From contig CAWHAE010000016.1 of NCBI GenBank assembly GCA_963827235.1, forward strand, positions 896,001 through 960,000: a stretch of 64,000 nucleotides of DNA. Direction: 5' to 3'. Every line of letters starts with the position of its first letter. Position 1 is the stretch's first letter. This stretch comes from an uncultured bacterium. Lineage in GTDB: Bacteria > Chloroflexota > UBA5177 > JANWHV01. Below are positions 51,384 to 60,879 of the stretch, one piece after another. The position numbers and the translations under genes are program-made. The notes under the pieces are model-generated. The model did no database searches, was not told where the DNA came from, and worked only from the letters and a program-made list of their open reading frames with translations.

Positions 51384-52538
51384 CTAGTGTGCGGCAGCGC
51401 TTGCCGTGAACCCACTCTTCACACCGTCACCGACAATCTGGTATCCCCCGGGAAGGCCGTACCCTTTCGGAATCTTGGGCAGCAAGCTGCCTGCCTGGTC
51501 GGCATGGCCGACACCGGCATCGGCAAGCGCCGTCGTTTTGCGGTCGGTTCCGTACCTGTACTGCAGAAATACGTACTCGCCGGCTGCGTAGCCGGCATCC
51601 CTAACCCGCACAGTGCCATCCGGCGACGTGGCGACGCTTGCGAGCGTTGTCTTCGGCACGCTCAGGGCGCCGGCCGCGACATGGCCACTCTTGGAGCCAA
51701 CCGCCTGGACCACCAGCGACGCGCCCGCATTCTTCGGTCGTCTGAACGTGCTCGCGGTGACGGTGTAGCACGCTATATCCGGAACAACAAACGTGCCTTG
51801 AATCCAGCCATGCGTGTCGGGCGTGACGTGAGCGAAGACCACGTTCTGGCTGCCGCAAGGACCGGGCACACCGGCAAAGCGAAGATCCACCGACTCGCCG
51901 GGCTGAGTGACGTTGCCGAGGTAGGTGTGCACGATGTTCTGCGCGGTATAGCCTTTGGCAAAGAAGGTGACCGTCTGATCCACGGCAGCCGCCGACGGCA
52001 CGAGCAGCAGGCCAAGTCCTAGAGTACCGGGAATGGTCAGGCGAGCTCGAGGAGTGAGCCAGGCGTGCGAAAACGGCGTCCGCGTGGCCGTGGGCGTTCT
52101 GCTCGGCGTCGCAGCCGCCGGTAAGGCGGTCTTGGTGGCCGTCGCACGGGTCGGGCTCGCGGTCATCGTGGGCACCTGGTGAAACACCAGTCGTGCTACC
52201 GTCGGCGTGGCAGTATAGGTGGGTATGACCGTGATGGCGAGCGTGGCCGTCGCCGTGCGCAACGCGGTGGTCGTCGCAGTCGCCGTTGGCCGGATTACTC
52301 GCTGAGCCGGTGTGGGCGTGTCGGTGTACAGGGGAAAGATTATTCGGCGCCACGGCGTCGACGTCGCGGTGAAAGGAGGCAGCAGAATTGCCGGCCTCGG
52401 GGCCTGCGGAGCCGCCGAGACCGGCGACTCCATGCCTGCACCGGCAACGCCTCTGAGCGGCGTGACCGCCAGGATCAGCGCGCACTGGAGGCCGCATACC
52501 ACAGGCCGCTTCGGGGTTGCACGGTTGTCCCGTTCCAC
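51384..52538 (-). CDS. Secreted Thr/Pro-rich protein with C-terminal beta domains
   Basis: Signal-like N-terminus, long TPT/TAT linker, beta-rich C-terminal half; AAGGAG RBS. Confidence 0.65.
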   Translation of the reverse strand: MERDNRATPKRPVVCGLQCALILAVTPLRGVAGAGMESPVSAAPQAPRPAILLPPFTATSTPWRRIIFPLYTDTPTPAQRVIRPTATATTTALRTATATLAITVIPTYTATPTVARLVFHQVPTMTASPTRATATKTALPAAATPSRTPTATRTPFSHAWLTPRARLTIPGTLGLGLLLVPSAAAVDQTVTFFAKGYTAQNIVHTYLGNVTQPGESVDLRFAGVPGPCGSQNVVFAHVTPDTHGWIQGTFVVPDIACYTVTASTFRRPKNAGASLVVQAVGSKSGHVAAGALSVPKTTLASVATSPDGTVRVRDAGYAAGEYVFLQYRYGTDRKTTALADAGVGHADQAGSLLPKIPKGYGLPGGYQIVGDGVKSGFTASAAAH

Positions 52539-53297
52539 GGTACTCTCACGCTCCTTTCGAAACGCTTAGCTCGGCGTCCAGACCTCGATCGCCGCCGCGT
52601 AGACGAGGCGCCGATTGGAGCCGGACTGTGTCGCACCGGAATAGCTCACCGCCGCGTGATTGTCGTAGAGAAACGTCTCGTACTCGCGTATGGCCACGCG
52701 ATACGAGGGTTTGCTGCTTCCAAGCAGCCTCCTGCCGCTCAACAGTCTGGAGCTGCGAGCTCACCGGTGCGCCGTTATCCTCGGTCAGGGCGTGTTGCCA
52801 CAGATCGCTCTTCGATTCCTTGAATTCCAGCGTGGCCGTGATGAGGGGATCGCCATACTCGTACCGCACGCGTGTACGGTTGGTTTCGGTGCGGCCGTTA
52901 GCCGGCGGCAAGGACCGTTGAGCTGTGCGGTTGGTATGATTCTCCTGCCAGGCGCGACGACGATGCGCTGGCCGGGCAGCAGGACCAGGATAGCGTCCTC
53001 ACCGTACTTGGCAACCATGTACGCTTCTATCAAAACCCATCAGCAGGCATAAGTTCGCACAGGCGGCACTGGAATCGGCTGCATGACTGTGACAATCCTG
53101 GGAAGCTGAGACCAAGCACCGGAATCAGCCATGTTTGTGGCCGTGCCTTGTTGGACACTGCCGCACGTCGAGGTGATTCACCTTGCCTTTGGGTTCTTCG
53201 GCTTCAAGACAAACACAGGATGCACGCCACGCCCATTCCGTGCTCTTGCCCAGCAGTGTGCACCGCGCTCGATCGACTAGCGTTTTGGATGGTTCGC

Positions 53298-54230
53298 ATG
53301 GACACTGCCCCCGGCACACCGCAACCTGCGCCGCCAGAGGGGCACGATCCCAGCTCGTCGTCCGTCCCCTACGCCGCTCGTGACGCCTCCGGAGCCGGTG
53401 CACCAGGCACCAGCCCTTCATCAAAGAAGGACACATGGTCGAGCAGGACTGGCTTCGCAGGAAAATCACTTTGGGATTGGATGCAGCTCTTGCTCATACC
53501 CGTGCTGCTGGCTGCCGGAGGCTACTGGTTCTCGCAGTATCAGGCCGATCAGAATCAGCGGAACGCCGCGGACCAACAGCGAGAGACCGCGCTCAATGAC
53601 TATGTGGGACAGATGTCGAGCATGCTACTGGACAAGCCGGATCCGCTGGCGACACCTGAGCTGTGGGCCCCGGCGCAGGAACTGGCGCGCACACGCACCG
53701 TGTTCGTGCTCCGTGAGCTGGACCCGGCCAGGCGTGCCCTGGTGCTCCACTTCCTCGGCGACGAGCGACTGCTCCTGGTCGGCACAGTGACGAGCTCAAT
53801 ATCGGACAGTGCCGCCATAATGAAGGTGTTGGCTGAGAAGAATAGTGCAACGCGCACCCAATTGCTGACCCCTGTCGTTCGGCTGTACGGTGCGGACTTT
53901 AGCGGTGCCGACGTGCCAAACATCGGACTCCACGACGCCAACCTGGCACGAGTCAATTTCAATCAGGCCGGGTTGCACTCGGCTGACCTGCGTCGGGCAA
54001 TTCTCTGCGCAAGCCAGCTGGCAGGCGCCGACCTCTCCGACGCCGACCTGCGAGGGGCAGTTCTGTACGGGGCAAACCTGGAGAACGCCAACCTCAGGGG
54101 AGCGAATCTTGCCGGAGCTTACGCAGATTGGAAGGACCTCCTGTCCGCCAAACTGGATCCGGCAGCCAGGGCAGAGGTCAGATCCCTCAATCAGCGCGAG
54201 CGGTCAGAGCTGGCGTTTCTGGGCTGTTGA
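53298..54230 (+). CDS. Membrane-anchored pentapeptide-repeat protein
   Basis: TGFAGKSLWDWMQLLLIP TM; A(D/N)LxG pentapeptide repeats. Start uncertain (53289 or 53298). Confidence 0.88.
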   Translation: MDTAPGTPQPAPPEGHDPSSSSVPYAARDASGAGAPGTSPSSKKDTWSSRTGFAGKSLWDWMQLLLIPVLLAAGGYWFSQYQADQNQRNAADQQRETALNDYVGQMSSMLLDKPDPLATPELWAPAQELARTRTVFVLRELDPARRALVLHFLGDERLLLVGTVTSSISDSAAIMKVLAEKNSATRTQLLTPVVRLYGADFSGADVPNIGLHDANLARVNFNQAGLHSADLRRAILCASQLAGADLSDADLRGAVLYGANLENANLRGANLAGAYADWKDLLSAKLDPAARAEVRSLNQRERSELAFLGC

Positions 54231-54356
54231 GGCTCGCTGCCGAGAACAACAGGCTGGGATTCGGGTCATGCCCTGAGAGTACCTACCCGGATAGGAGATC
54301 GATCACCTTCACCCCTTTGTCTGGTCTTCAGGTCCTCGACGCGCTCCAGCGAGAGG

Positions 54357-54428
54357 ATACGATCTGCTCGTAGGATGGGCGGCGGACTCTAAACCCGCCA
54401 GCAGTGAGTTCGAGTCTCACATGGCGCA
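54357..54428 (+). tRNA. tRNA-like element with a CUA (amber) anticodon and a disrupted acceptor stem (pseudo-tRNA)
   Basis: D arm GCTC-GTAGGAT-GGGC; anticodon arm GCGGA-CTCTAAA-CCCGC; variable CAGCA; T arm GTGAG-TTCGAGT-CTCAC. The 3' ATGGCGCA pairs poorly with the 5' ATACGAT. Confidence 0.6.
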
Positions 54429-54556
54429 CTATTCACCGTGATCCCGCTCGGAAGGGGTTGGCTCGTGTTGTAGACTTCCTGGCCTCGCGGCCCGCCGTCG
54501 CTGCTCTTGTTCTAGGTTTCGCGTGTCCCCATTTCCTTCTGCAACCTAGTGGAGAG

Positions 54557-55477
54557 TCAGTCGACCTTCGAATCAGTGCCAAGCCGCTTGCTCGCCATCA
54601 CGTATGCGCGCCATGGTGTATAGCCGAGTCGCCCGTAGAACGTGAGCAGATTGGTCCACCCGATGTGACACACCGTACCGCCGGCGCTCCTGAGCATGTC
54701 GGAGGCCGCGGCAACCAGCGCCGTGCCGATACCCTGTCCCCGGCTCTCCCGCAGCGTCCCTACACACCCGATGGTCGTGACCCCTGGTCCGAGCAGCGGC
54801 TGCCAGTTCTCCGGCTGCCCGGGGAAACCGACGATGAGCGCAGCGGCCAGCCTACCGTCACGTGCGCGTCCGACGAGGATGTCTTCGGGTGCTGCCGCCG
54901 CGTACAGCTCGTCCCAGGTCGGGTACCAGTGCTCGACAGCGTGGGCAGCGAGCCAGTCCCGCTCATCGGCGGTCGCAGGACCGAAGGTGATACCGGTGCC
55001 GGCGGCCAGCTCAGTAACCGCCGAGGGCATGACGAAGTCCGACAGCGAGCGGGTGAGGTCGTAGACATCCATGTCTCGTTCCCAGCCGTTGGCCTCGAAG
55101 AACGCCAGTGCTCCAGGAATGTTGGCTGGGATTCCCGGCCACAAGTACGGACCCCCTCCGGCTGCCGCGATCGTGGACGCTCCCCGCAGGCGGAGCTCGT
55201 TGCATGCGGCAGTCACGAGCGCCGACCCTACGCCCAGGTGCCGAGCTTCCGATCGAACCGCTACCACATTGATGGCGCCACGGAAGCCGTGATCAAGCGC
55301 CACGGCGCCGATCAGCTCGCCACGGTCGAAGGCCAGGAGCGCATCGCCCAGAGTCTTTTCGATAGCGTGTCCGCCAAAGCGCCACTCTGGCGCCAGAGAA
55401 CACTGGATGAGGCCGGTTGCTGCCTGAAGCTCCGTTTCGGTGGAAAGCGGGCGTATCTCGATCTCAAAGTCGGTCAT
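54557..55477 (-). CDS. Tandem GNAT acetyltransferase
   Basis: Two acetyl-CoA motifs: VAVRSEARHLGVGSAL and VGTLRESRGQGIGTAL. Confidence 0.88.
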   Translation of the reverse strand: MTDFEIEIRPLSTETELQAATGLIQCSLAPEWRFGGHAIEKTLGDALLAFDRGELIGAVALDHGFRGAINVVAVRSEARHLGVGSALVTAACNELRLRGASTIAAAGGGPYLWPGIPANIPGALAFFEANGWERDMDVYDLTRSLSDFVMPSAVTELAAGTGITFGPATADERDWLAAHAVEHWYPTWDELYAAAAPEDILVGRARDGRLAAALIVGFPGQPENWQPLLGPGVTTIGCVGTLRESRGQGIGTALVAAASDMLRSAGGTVCHIGWTNLLTFYGRLGYTPWRAYVMASKRLGTDSKVD

Positions 55478-55666
55478 GGGCGCAACCCTCCGTCGCCACG
55501 CAGTGCATCTGACCATTCAATGGTAGCCCACATGTCCGTTACGTTCGCGGCTGAAAGCATACAGCGATCGGTCAAGATGACCGGCAAGCACGCCCTGTCG
55601 ACCCAGGTACAAGGCAGATCGGCAGCGCTGTTTGGCAGCCCGCGTCCCGCTTAGCCAACAATCCCC

Positions 55667-55717
55667 TTGACAATCCGAACCGGTCAGGAGCATAACTGAA
55701 CTAGAACGTATATTCTA
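55667..55717 (+). promoter_or_regulatory. SOS promoter: TTGACA-18-CATAAC followed by a LexA (Cheo-type) box
   Basis: TAGAACGTATATTCTA at 55702-55717 (GAAC-N4-ATTC, one mismatch to GAAC-N4-GTTC), 16 nt upstream of the recA-like ATG. Confidence 0.75.
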
Positions 55718-55733
55718 ATACTTCGGGAGCGAT

Positions 55734-56708
55734 ATGACGCGATCGCGGACGGCTCGCCTGGCTGCCGCCCTCGACAGCCTCCGGAAACGGTTTGGTGCTC
55801 ACATCATCCGTGCCGCCGCGGACCTCTCCCGCCTCCCCGTCGAAGGTCAGCCCCCACTCTCCACCGGCTCGCTGGGCCTGGATCTGCTCGCCGGCGGCCT
55901 GCCGCGCGGCAGCATCGTGGAGTACGCCGGCGTGGACGGCTCGGGCCGCGAAACGCTCGCCGCTACCGCCCTCGCCCGCGCCCAGCAGCAGGGCGGTCTC
56001 GTCGTGCTGGTCGATCCTGGCAACACGGCCGACCCCGATGCCCTCCTCGCTGCCGGTGTCGATCTGCGCACCCTGACCATCGCCAGTCCCGCTACCGCCG
56101 CTCAGGCCTGGACGATCCTGGACGTGGTGACGCGTTGCGGTGCCCTGGACGCGATCCTGGTCTCCTCCCTCTCCAGCCTGCTCCTGCTGCCCGGTGCCAG
56201 CACCACCGGGCGGGTCGAGAAGCGTCTGGCCCGTCTATGGCTGAGCACCAGAGGGAAGCGCACGTCCGTGCTGATCACGAATACAGCCCTGTTTGGGAGC
56301 GGCCAGACGGTGGGCGAAGCGGGTATGGCTCAGCAGGCATCACTGCGCGTGCTGCTCCAGCCGCGCGAGGTCTGCCTCGGTCCGGCCGGCGAGATCCTTG
56401 GCGTGCGCACCGTTGCCCATGTCACGAAGTACCATGGCCGCCCCTGGGGTCCCGCCCTGCCGCTGCTCATGGGGCCGAGCGGTCCCGACCGAGGCTGGGA
56501 GCTGCTGGACCTGGCCAAGCTGACCGGACGGCTCACGCACACCGGCCTGGGCTACCTGGCCACCGGCGTCGTGCTCGGGCGGTCGGAGGCCCGTGCCGCC
56601 CTCACCCTGCGCGACGACGGCACGCTGGCCGCAGCACTGGAGGCGGAGATACGCGCCTCCTGGCCGCCCGGCACGCCCATGCTCGCTGAGGAGGTGATGG
56701 TGGGATGA
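55734..56708 (+). CDS. Catalytically degenerate, near-full-length RecA paralogue (ImuA-like)
   Basis: STGSLGLDLLAGGLPRGSIVEYAG; Walker A GVDGSGRET; Walker B Asp replaced by Ser; RecA-like N-terminal helix and C-terminal domain retained. Confidence 0.82.
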   Translation: MTRSRTARLAAALDSLRKRFGAHIIRAAADLSRLPVEGQPPLSTGSLGLDLLAGGLPRGSIVEYAGVDGSGRETLAATALARAQQQGGLVVLVDPGNTADPDALLAAGVDLRTLTIASPATAAQAWTILDVVTRCGALDAILVSSLSSLLLLPGASTTGRVEKRLARLWLSTRGKRTSVLITNTALFGSGQTVGEAGMAQQASLRVLLQPREVCLGPAGEILGVRTVAHVTKYHGRPWGPALPLLMGPSGPDRGWELLDLAKLTGRLTHTGLGYLATGVVLGRSEARAALTLRDDGTLAAALEAEIRASWPPGTPMLAEEVMVG

Positions 56709-57940
56709 GATCGCGACGCCGGCCCGCCCTGCCGCCGGCCATCGTCGCCGTGCTGCTCCTGCCGCCACCCCTGGTGCAGGCCGCCTGGCTGGCCGACCCG
56801 GCCTTGCGACAGGGTCCGCTGGCCGTGGTCGACGAGAGCGACAGGGTGCTCGCCGCCGCTATAGAAGCCGCGGCGGCGGGCGTGGTACCCGGCCAGCGGC
56901 TCGCCCAGGCCCGCATCGCCTGTCCCGACCTCCGTGCCGCGCCGTCGGACGCGCTTGGGGCTACCGTGCTTTACGAGGACTTGTTCCAGGTGCTGGGCTC
57001 ACTCTCTCCAGTGCTGGAAGCAGCCGATCCGGCCCATGGCCTGGTCTACCTCGATGCCCGCGGGATGGACCCGCTGATCGGCGACCTGGCCGCAGTGGCC
57101 GGCGCCGCGCTCGCCGCTGCCACGGCCGAGAACCTCTCCGTGCGCGTGGGCGCAGGGTCACTGCGGCTGATCGCCCTCTCCCTGGCGCAGCGCATGCCTG
57201 CCGATGGTCCGCCCCTCACGCTCGACGTGGCGGCGGGCGATGCTTTCCTGCGCGGTCTGCCGGTTACGGACCCGGTACTGGCCGTGGCGGACGAAGACCA
57301 GGTGCAGCTCTGCGACGTGGGTCTGCGCAAGGTCGGGGACCTGGCCGCCCTGCCCCGCGGCAGCCTCTCTCTGCGCACCGGACCGGCCGTGCTCGCCCTC
57401 TGGGATGCCCTGCACGGCGTGCCGGAGAAACCGCTCCTGCCGTTCAACGTCCCGCCGCGCATCATCGTCACCGATCGCTTCGAGGGCACAACCGATCGTT
57501 TGCTGCTGGAGCGGCTGCTCGGCCGGCTATGCGCCCGGCTCGCGGATCAGCTGCGGACCCGGCAGCAGGCGGCGCGCGTGCTCACCCTGCGCGCCGGCTG
57601 TGAGAACGGCGCCGCGCTCGTGCGACGTCTGGAGCGCTGGCCCGCCCTCTCACGGGAGCTGGAGCTTGCCACCGCGGCGGCAACCCTGCTGGACGGCCTC
57701 TGTGTGCGGCTGCAGGCCACGCCAACGGCGCTCAGCGCATTCGCGCTCGTCGCTGGCGGACTGGTGGCAGCGCCGAGCGAGCAGCCCGCCCTCTGGGGCG
57801 ATCCGCGGGCCGCGCGACAGAACCGCTTGTCGGCGGTGCTGCAGGCGCAGGCGCAGCGGCACGGAAAGTCGGCCTTCCACCACTGGCAGGCCGACCCGCT
57901 GACGGACGACGGCTGGCGTGAGCAGGATGGCATCGCATGA
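56705..57940 (+). CDS. imuB: Inactive Y-family polymerase homologue (ImuB-like)
   Basis: DPALRQGPLAVV, AAAAGVVPGQRLAQARIACPDL, LSPVLE, YLD, GLRKVGDLAALP; catalytic acidic motifs absent; ATGA overlaps at both ends. Confidence 0.8.
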   Translation: MRSRRRPALPPAIVAVLLLPPPLVQAAWLADPALRQGPLAVVDESDRVLAAAIEAAAAGVVPGQRLAQARIACPDLRAAPSDALGATVLYEDLFQVLGSLSPVLEAADPAHGLVYLDARGMDPLIGDLAAVAGAALAAATAENLSVRVGAGSLRLIALSLAQRMPADGPPLTLDVAAGDAFLRGLPVTDPVLAVADEDQVQLCDVGLRKVGDLAALPRGSLSLRTGPAVLALWDALHGVPEKPLLPFNVPPRIIVTDRFEGTTDRLLLERLLGRLCARLADQLRTRQQAARVLTLRAGCENGAALVRRLERWPALSRELELATAAATLLDGLCVRLQATPTALSAFALVAGGLVAAPSEQPALWGDPRAARQNRLSAVLQAQAQRHGKSAFHHWQADPLTDDGWREQDGIA

Positions 57941-58200
57941 CCCGGCGTCTGCGTCCGCCTGTATCGCTGATCGTCGCCTGTGACGAGTCCGGCGCGCCGC
58001 GGACCATTCGCCACGCCGGTCACACCCTCCAGGTGACGCACATCGCCGCGGCCTGGCTGCAGCGGCCGCGCTGGTGGCGTGAGACTGCCACGGCCTCCAT
58101 GCAAGAGACACTGCATTTCCGACTGGTGCTGGATGGCCGGATGGTCTTCGAGATCCACCTCGAGGACGGCGCCTGGTTCATGGACCGAATTCTCGATTAG
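57937..58200 (+). CDS. DUF6504-like small protein of mutagenesis cassettes
   Basis: G.P..I.H.G....V..I...W.....WW.....HFRL......FEI.....WFMDRILD. Confidence 0.75.
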   Translation: MTRRLRPPVSLIVACDESGAPRTIRHAGHTLQVTHIAAAWLQRPRWWRETATASMQETLHFRLVLDGRMVFEIHLEDGAWFMDRILD

Positions 58201-58271
58201 GGCACGGACTCTTCGACCGTGCCGGGCGGCGGGGCACAGGGATTTCTGCCCAATCTCGCGCATTCACAGCA

Positions 58272-60299
58272 CTAGCCAACCGGCGTCTGCGACGCGGCCT
58301 CCTCAGCCATGGTGATCCACGACTGTACCAAAGAGTCGAGCCGCATCTTGGACTCGCTGTGCTCATCCGCCAGCCGCCGCACTTCCTCGTACCGTTGGGC
58401 CTCGCTCTCCCGCTGCAGCTGCTGTTCGCACGCGGCAATGTGCGCTTCCAGCGCATCTATCTCGGCTTCGAGTGCGCTCAGTTGCTGCGCCCGCTTACGC
58501 GCATCCCTCTGATTGACCAGAGCATCGCGTCTGATGGCCTGCCGGCTTTGAACCAGCACGGTGGCCCGCTCCTTGGCGACAAGTGTCTCGCGTTCGCGCT
58601 CGGCAAGATACTCCTGGTACGTGCCGTCGAACACACGCAACGTGCCGTCCTGAATCTCCCAGATCTGGGTGGCAAGGTGGTCCACCAGGTAGCGGTCATG
58701 CGAGACCAACAGGAGGGTGCCCTCAAACCGATCGAGTCCCTCCTGCAGCACTTCCTGCGCCGTGATGTCCAGATGATTCGTCGGCTCGTCGAGCACCAGG
58801 AAGTTCGATCCGTCTATCGCCAGAATCGCCAGCGCCAGCCGCCCACGCTCGCCGCCACTCAACATGCTGACTTTCTTGTACACGTCCTCGCCCCGGAACA
58901 GGTACTGCGCAAGATGACTGCGCGCATCGCCAAGCGCCATGTTCTGGTGGTTCAGCAGCTCGTCGAGGACCGAGCTCTCCGGGTTCAGCAGATCGTGCGC
59001 CTGCGCAAAGTAGCCGATCGAGAGGCTCGCGCCGAGCCTGAGCTCTCCTGCCGTCGGCGCGACTTCTCCCAGGATAGTACGGAGAAAAGTTGTCTTTCCG
59101 CTGCCGTTTGGCCCGATCAGTGCGGCGCACTCCTGACGGTGTAGCTCGACATGCTCGACCGTGAACAGATCGTTGCCGGGATAGCCAATGTGCACGTCCT
59201 GTGCGCGCAGTACGATGGTGCCGCTCCGCGCGTTCGCCCGTAAGTGCATCGTCGGCTTCGGCGGCCTGGAATCCGGCGGCTTCAGCGCCTTGATCTTCTG
59301 CCAGGCTTCGTCGACGGTCAGGCTGGACACTCCACCCACGCCTGTCTCCGACCACTGCTTGCCCTGAACGCCCTCCAGCCCAAGCAGGTCGATGGCCGCC
59401 AGCTCGCGGCTCAGCCGTTTGAGCTTGCCCTTCGCTTCCACCATCTTTCGCCAGCCGATATACCGCTTGATAAGCTCGATCTCGGATTTCAGCCGTTCCT
59501 TCGCCTCTTCGAATGTCTTGAGGCGCCGCTCCCATCGCTCCTGCCGCTGCACCGTGTATGCGCTGTAATTCCCCCGGTACGGCTCGACGGCGGTCCGGCT
59601 CATGTCCCAGATGCGATCGACGACTTTGTCCAGGAAGTAGCGGTCATGACTGACGACGAGCAACGCTCCCTGCCAGATGCGAAGTCTGCTCTCCAGCCAT
59701 TCCACCGCATCTGCATCGAGATGGTTGGTCGGCTCGTCGAGAATCAGGAGATCGGGCGCTTCCAGCAGCAGGCGGCCGAGCAGCACACGCGTCTTCTGGC
59801 CGCCGCTCAGCTGGCGCAGGGGATCGTCCCACTGCGAGCGCGAAAACCCCAAACCTTCGAGCACTTGAGCGATGCGCACCTCGTAGTCGTAGCCGCCTCC
59901 GCGCTCGAATGCTTCTTGCGCGTGACTGTACTGCGCAAGCAGCTCCTCACCGTGGTTTCCCGTAGCCATCTCAGATTCCATGGCATGCAGTGCCGTGCCG
60001 TGCGCCAGAACGTCGGTGAAGACGGTGAGCATTTCTTCCATGATGGAATGATCGCGCGCCGCAAAGGCATCCACTGCTTCCTGTCGGAGGTAGCCGATCG
60101 TGCGGCCCTGCGCCCGGTGCACCTCGCCCGCCGTCGGCTCGATGAGTCCGGCAAGCACGCGCAGCAGCGACGTCTTGCCGATGCCATTCGCGCCGACCAG
60201 CCCGATCCTGGCATCGTCAGGAACACTCAGCGACAATCCGGTGAAAACGTCGAAGCCGCCAAACGCCAAGCCGAGTCCCTGCGCCGTCAGTAGCGGCAT
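58272..60299 (-). CDS. ABC-F family ATPase with C-terminal coiled coil
   Basis: Two ABC domains (GANGIGKT/LSGGQ/LDEPTNHLD; GPNGSGKT/LSGGE/LDEPTNHLD), no TM, Uup-type C-terminal domain. Confidence 0.95.
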   Translation of the reverse strand: MPLLTAQGLGLAFGGFDVFTGLSLSVPDDARIGLVGANGIGKTSLLRVLAGLIEPTAGEVHRAQGRTIGYLRQEAVDAFAARDHSIMEEMLTVFTDVLAHGTALHAMESEMATGNHGEELLAQYSHAQEAFERGGGYDYEVRIAQVLEGLGFSRSQWDDPLRQLSGGQKTRVLLGRLLLEAPDLLILDEPTNHLDADAVEWLESRLRIWQGALLVVSHDRYFLDKVVDRIWDMSRTAVEPYRGNYSAYTVQRQERWERRLKTFEEAKERLKSEIELIKRYIGWRKMVEAKGKLKRLSRELAAIDLLGLEGVQGKQWSETGVGGVSSLTVDEAWQKIKALKPPDSRPPKPTMHLRANARSGTIVLRAQDVHIGYPGNDLFTVEHVELHRQECAALIGPNGSGKTTFLRTILGEVAPTAGELRLGASLSIGYFAQAHDLLNPESSVLDELLNHQNMALGDARSHLAQYLFRGEDVYKKVSMLSGGERGRLALAILAIDGSNFLVLDEPTNHLDITAQEVLQEGLDRFEGTLLLVSHDRYLVDHLATQIWEIQDGTLRVFDGTYQEYLAERERETLVAKERATVLVQSRQAIRRDALVNQRDARKRAQQLSALEAEIDALEAHIAACEQQLQRESEAQRYEEVRRLADEHSESKMRLDSLVQSWITMAEEAASQTPVG

Positions 60300-60879
60300 G
60301 CTAGCTCCGGCCTTTCATCCGATAAACGCGGCCGACGATCCGTTGGATGCGATGCACGTCCGTCCTCATCGCTCGCCACGGGCCAAGCGCAGAGGTTCAT
60401 CGCCGGTGCCGAAACGCGGCCTCCGGCAGCGACAGAATCCCATGTCGATCCGTACCAGCTTCCCACTGCTGCGACCAGCCATAAGCCGCCCGTTGAACGG
60501 CCCGACTGCAGTCCAAATCGCGTCCCCACACCGCTCGTCGCGGGCTGCTCGCCGTGACGTGCGCGGCGAGCATAATGGGACGCTTTAGCCACTCGACCGG
60601 CTGAACCATCGATCGCCGGCGACGGCCCGACCCACGATCCGGTGGCTGGGAGCTTGGGGAATACAGCGAACGTCGCGAGCGCCTACGGGCAGTATACTGC
60701 TTCACCGGCTGATTCGCTCCTGGAGGCATTACCGATATTTGCTCGATCCACGAGGTGGGAAGCGCGCGCTCAGCGTCGCCTCCGGCGTGTTGCGAAGGGA
60801 GGTGTTGAGTCTCAAAGGCACGTGTCCAAAGGACCTTCCTCCCTCTCTGCGCATGTCCGCTGGTTACCGGCCGAGATGA

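Noticed and set aside
54357-54428. Functional pyrrolysine system or TAG recoding
   Set aside because: No pylS/B/C/D in the window, the acceptor stem is broken, and many intact genes (AGE, glgX, RsbW-like) end in TAG at their expected C-termini.
55734-56708. Housekeeping recA
   Set aside because: Walker A Lys, catalytic Glu, Walker B Asp and the DNA-binding loops are degenerate, and it is coupled to an imuB-like gene.
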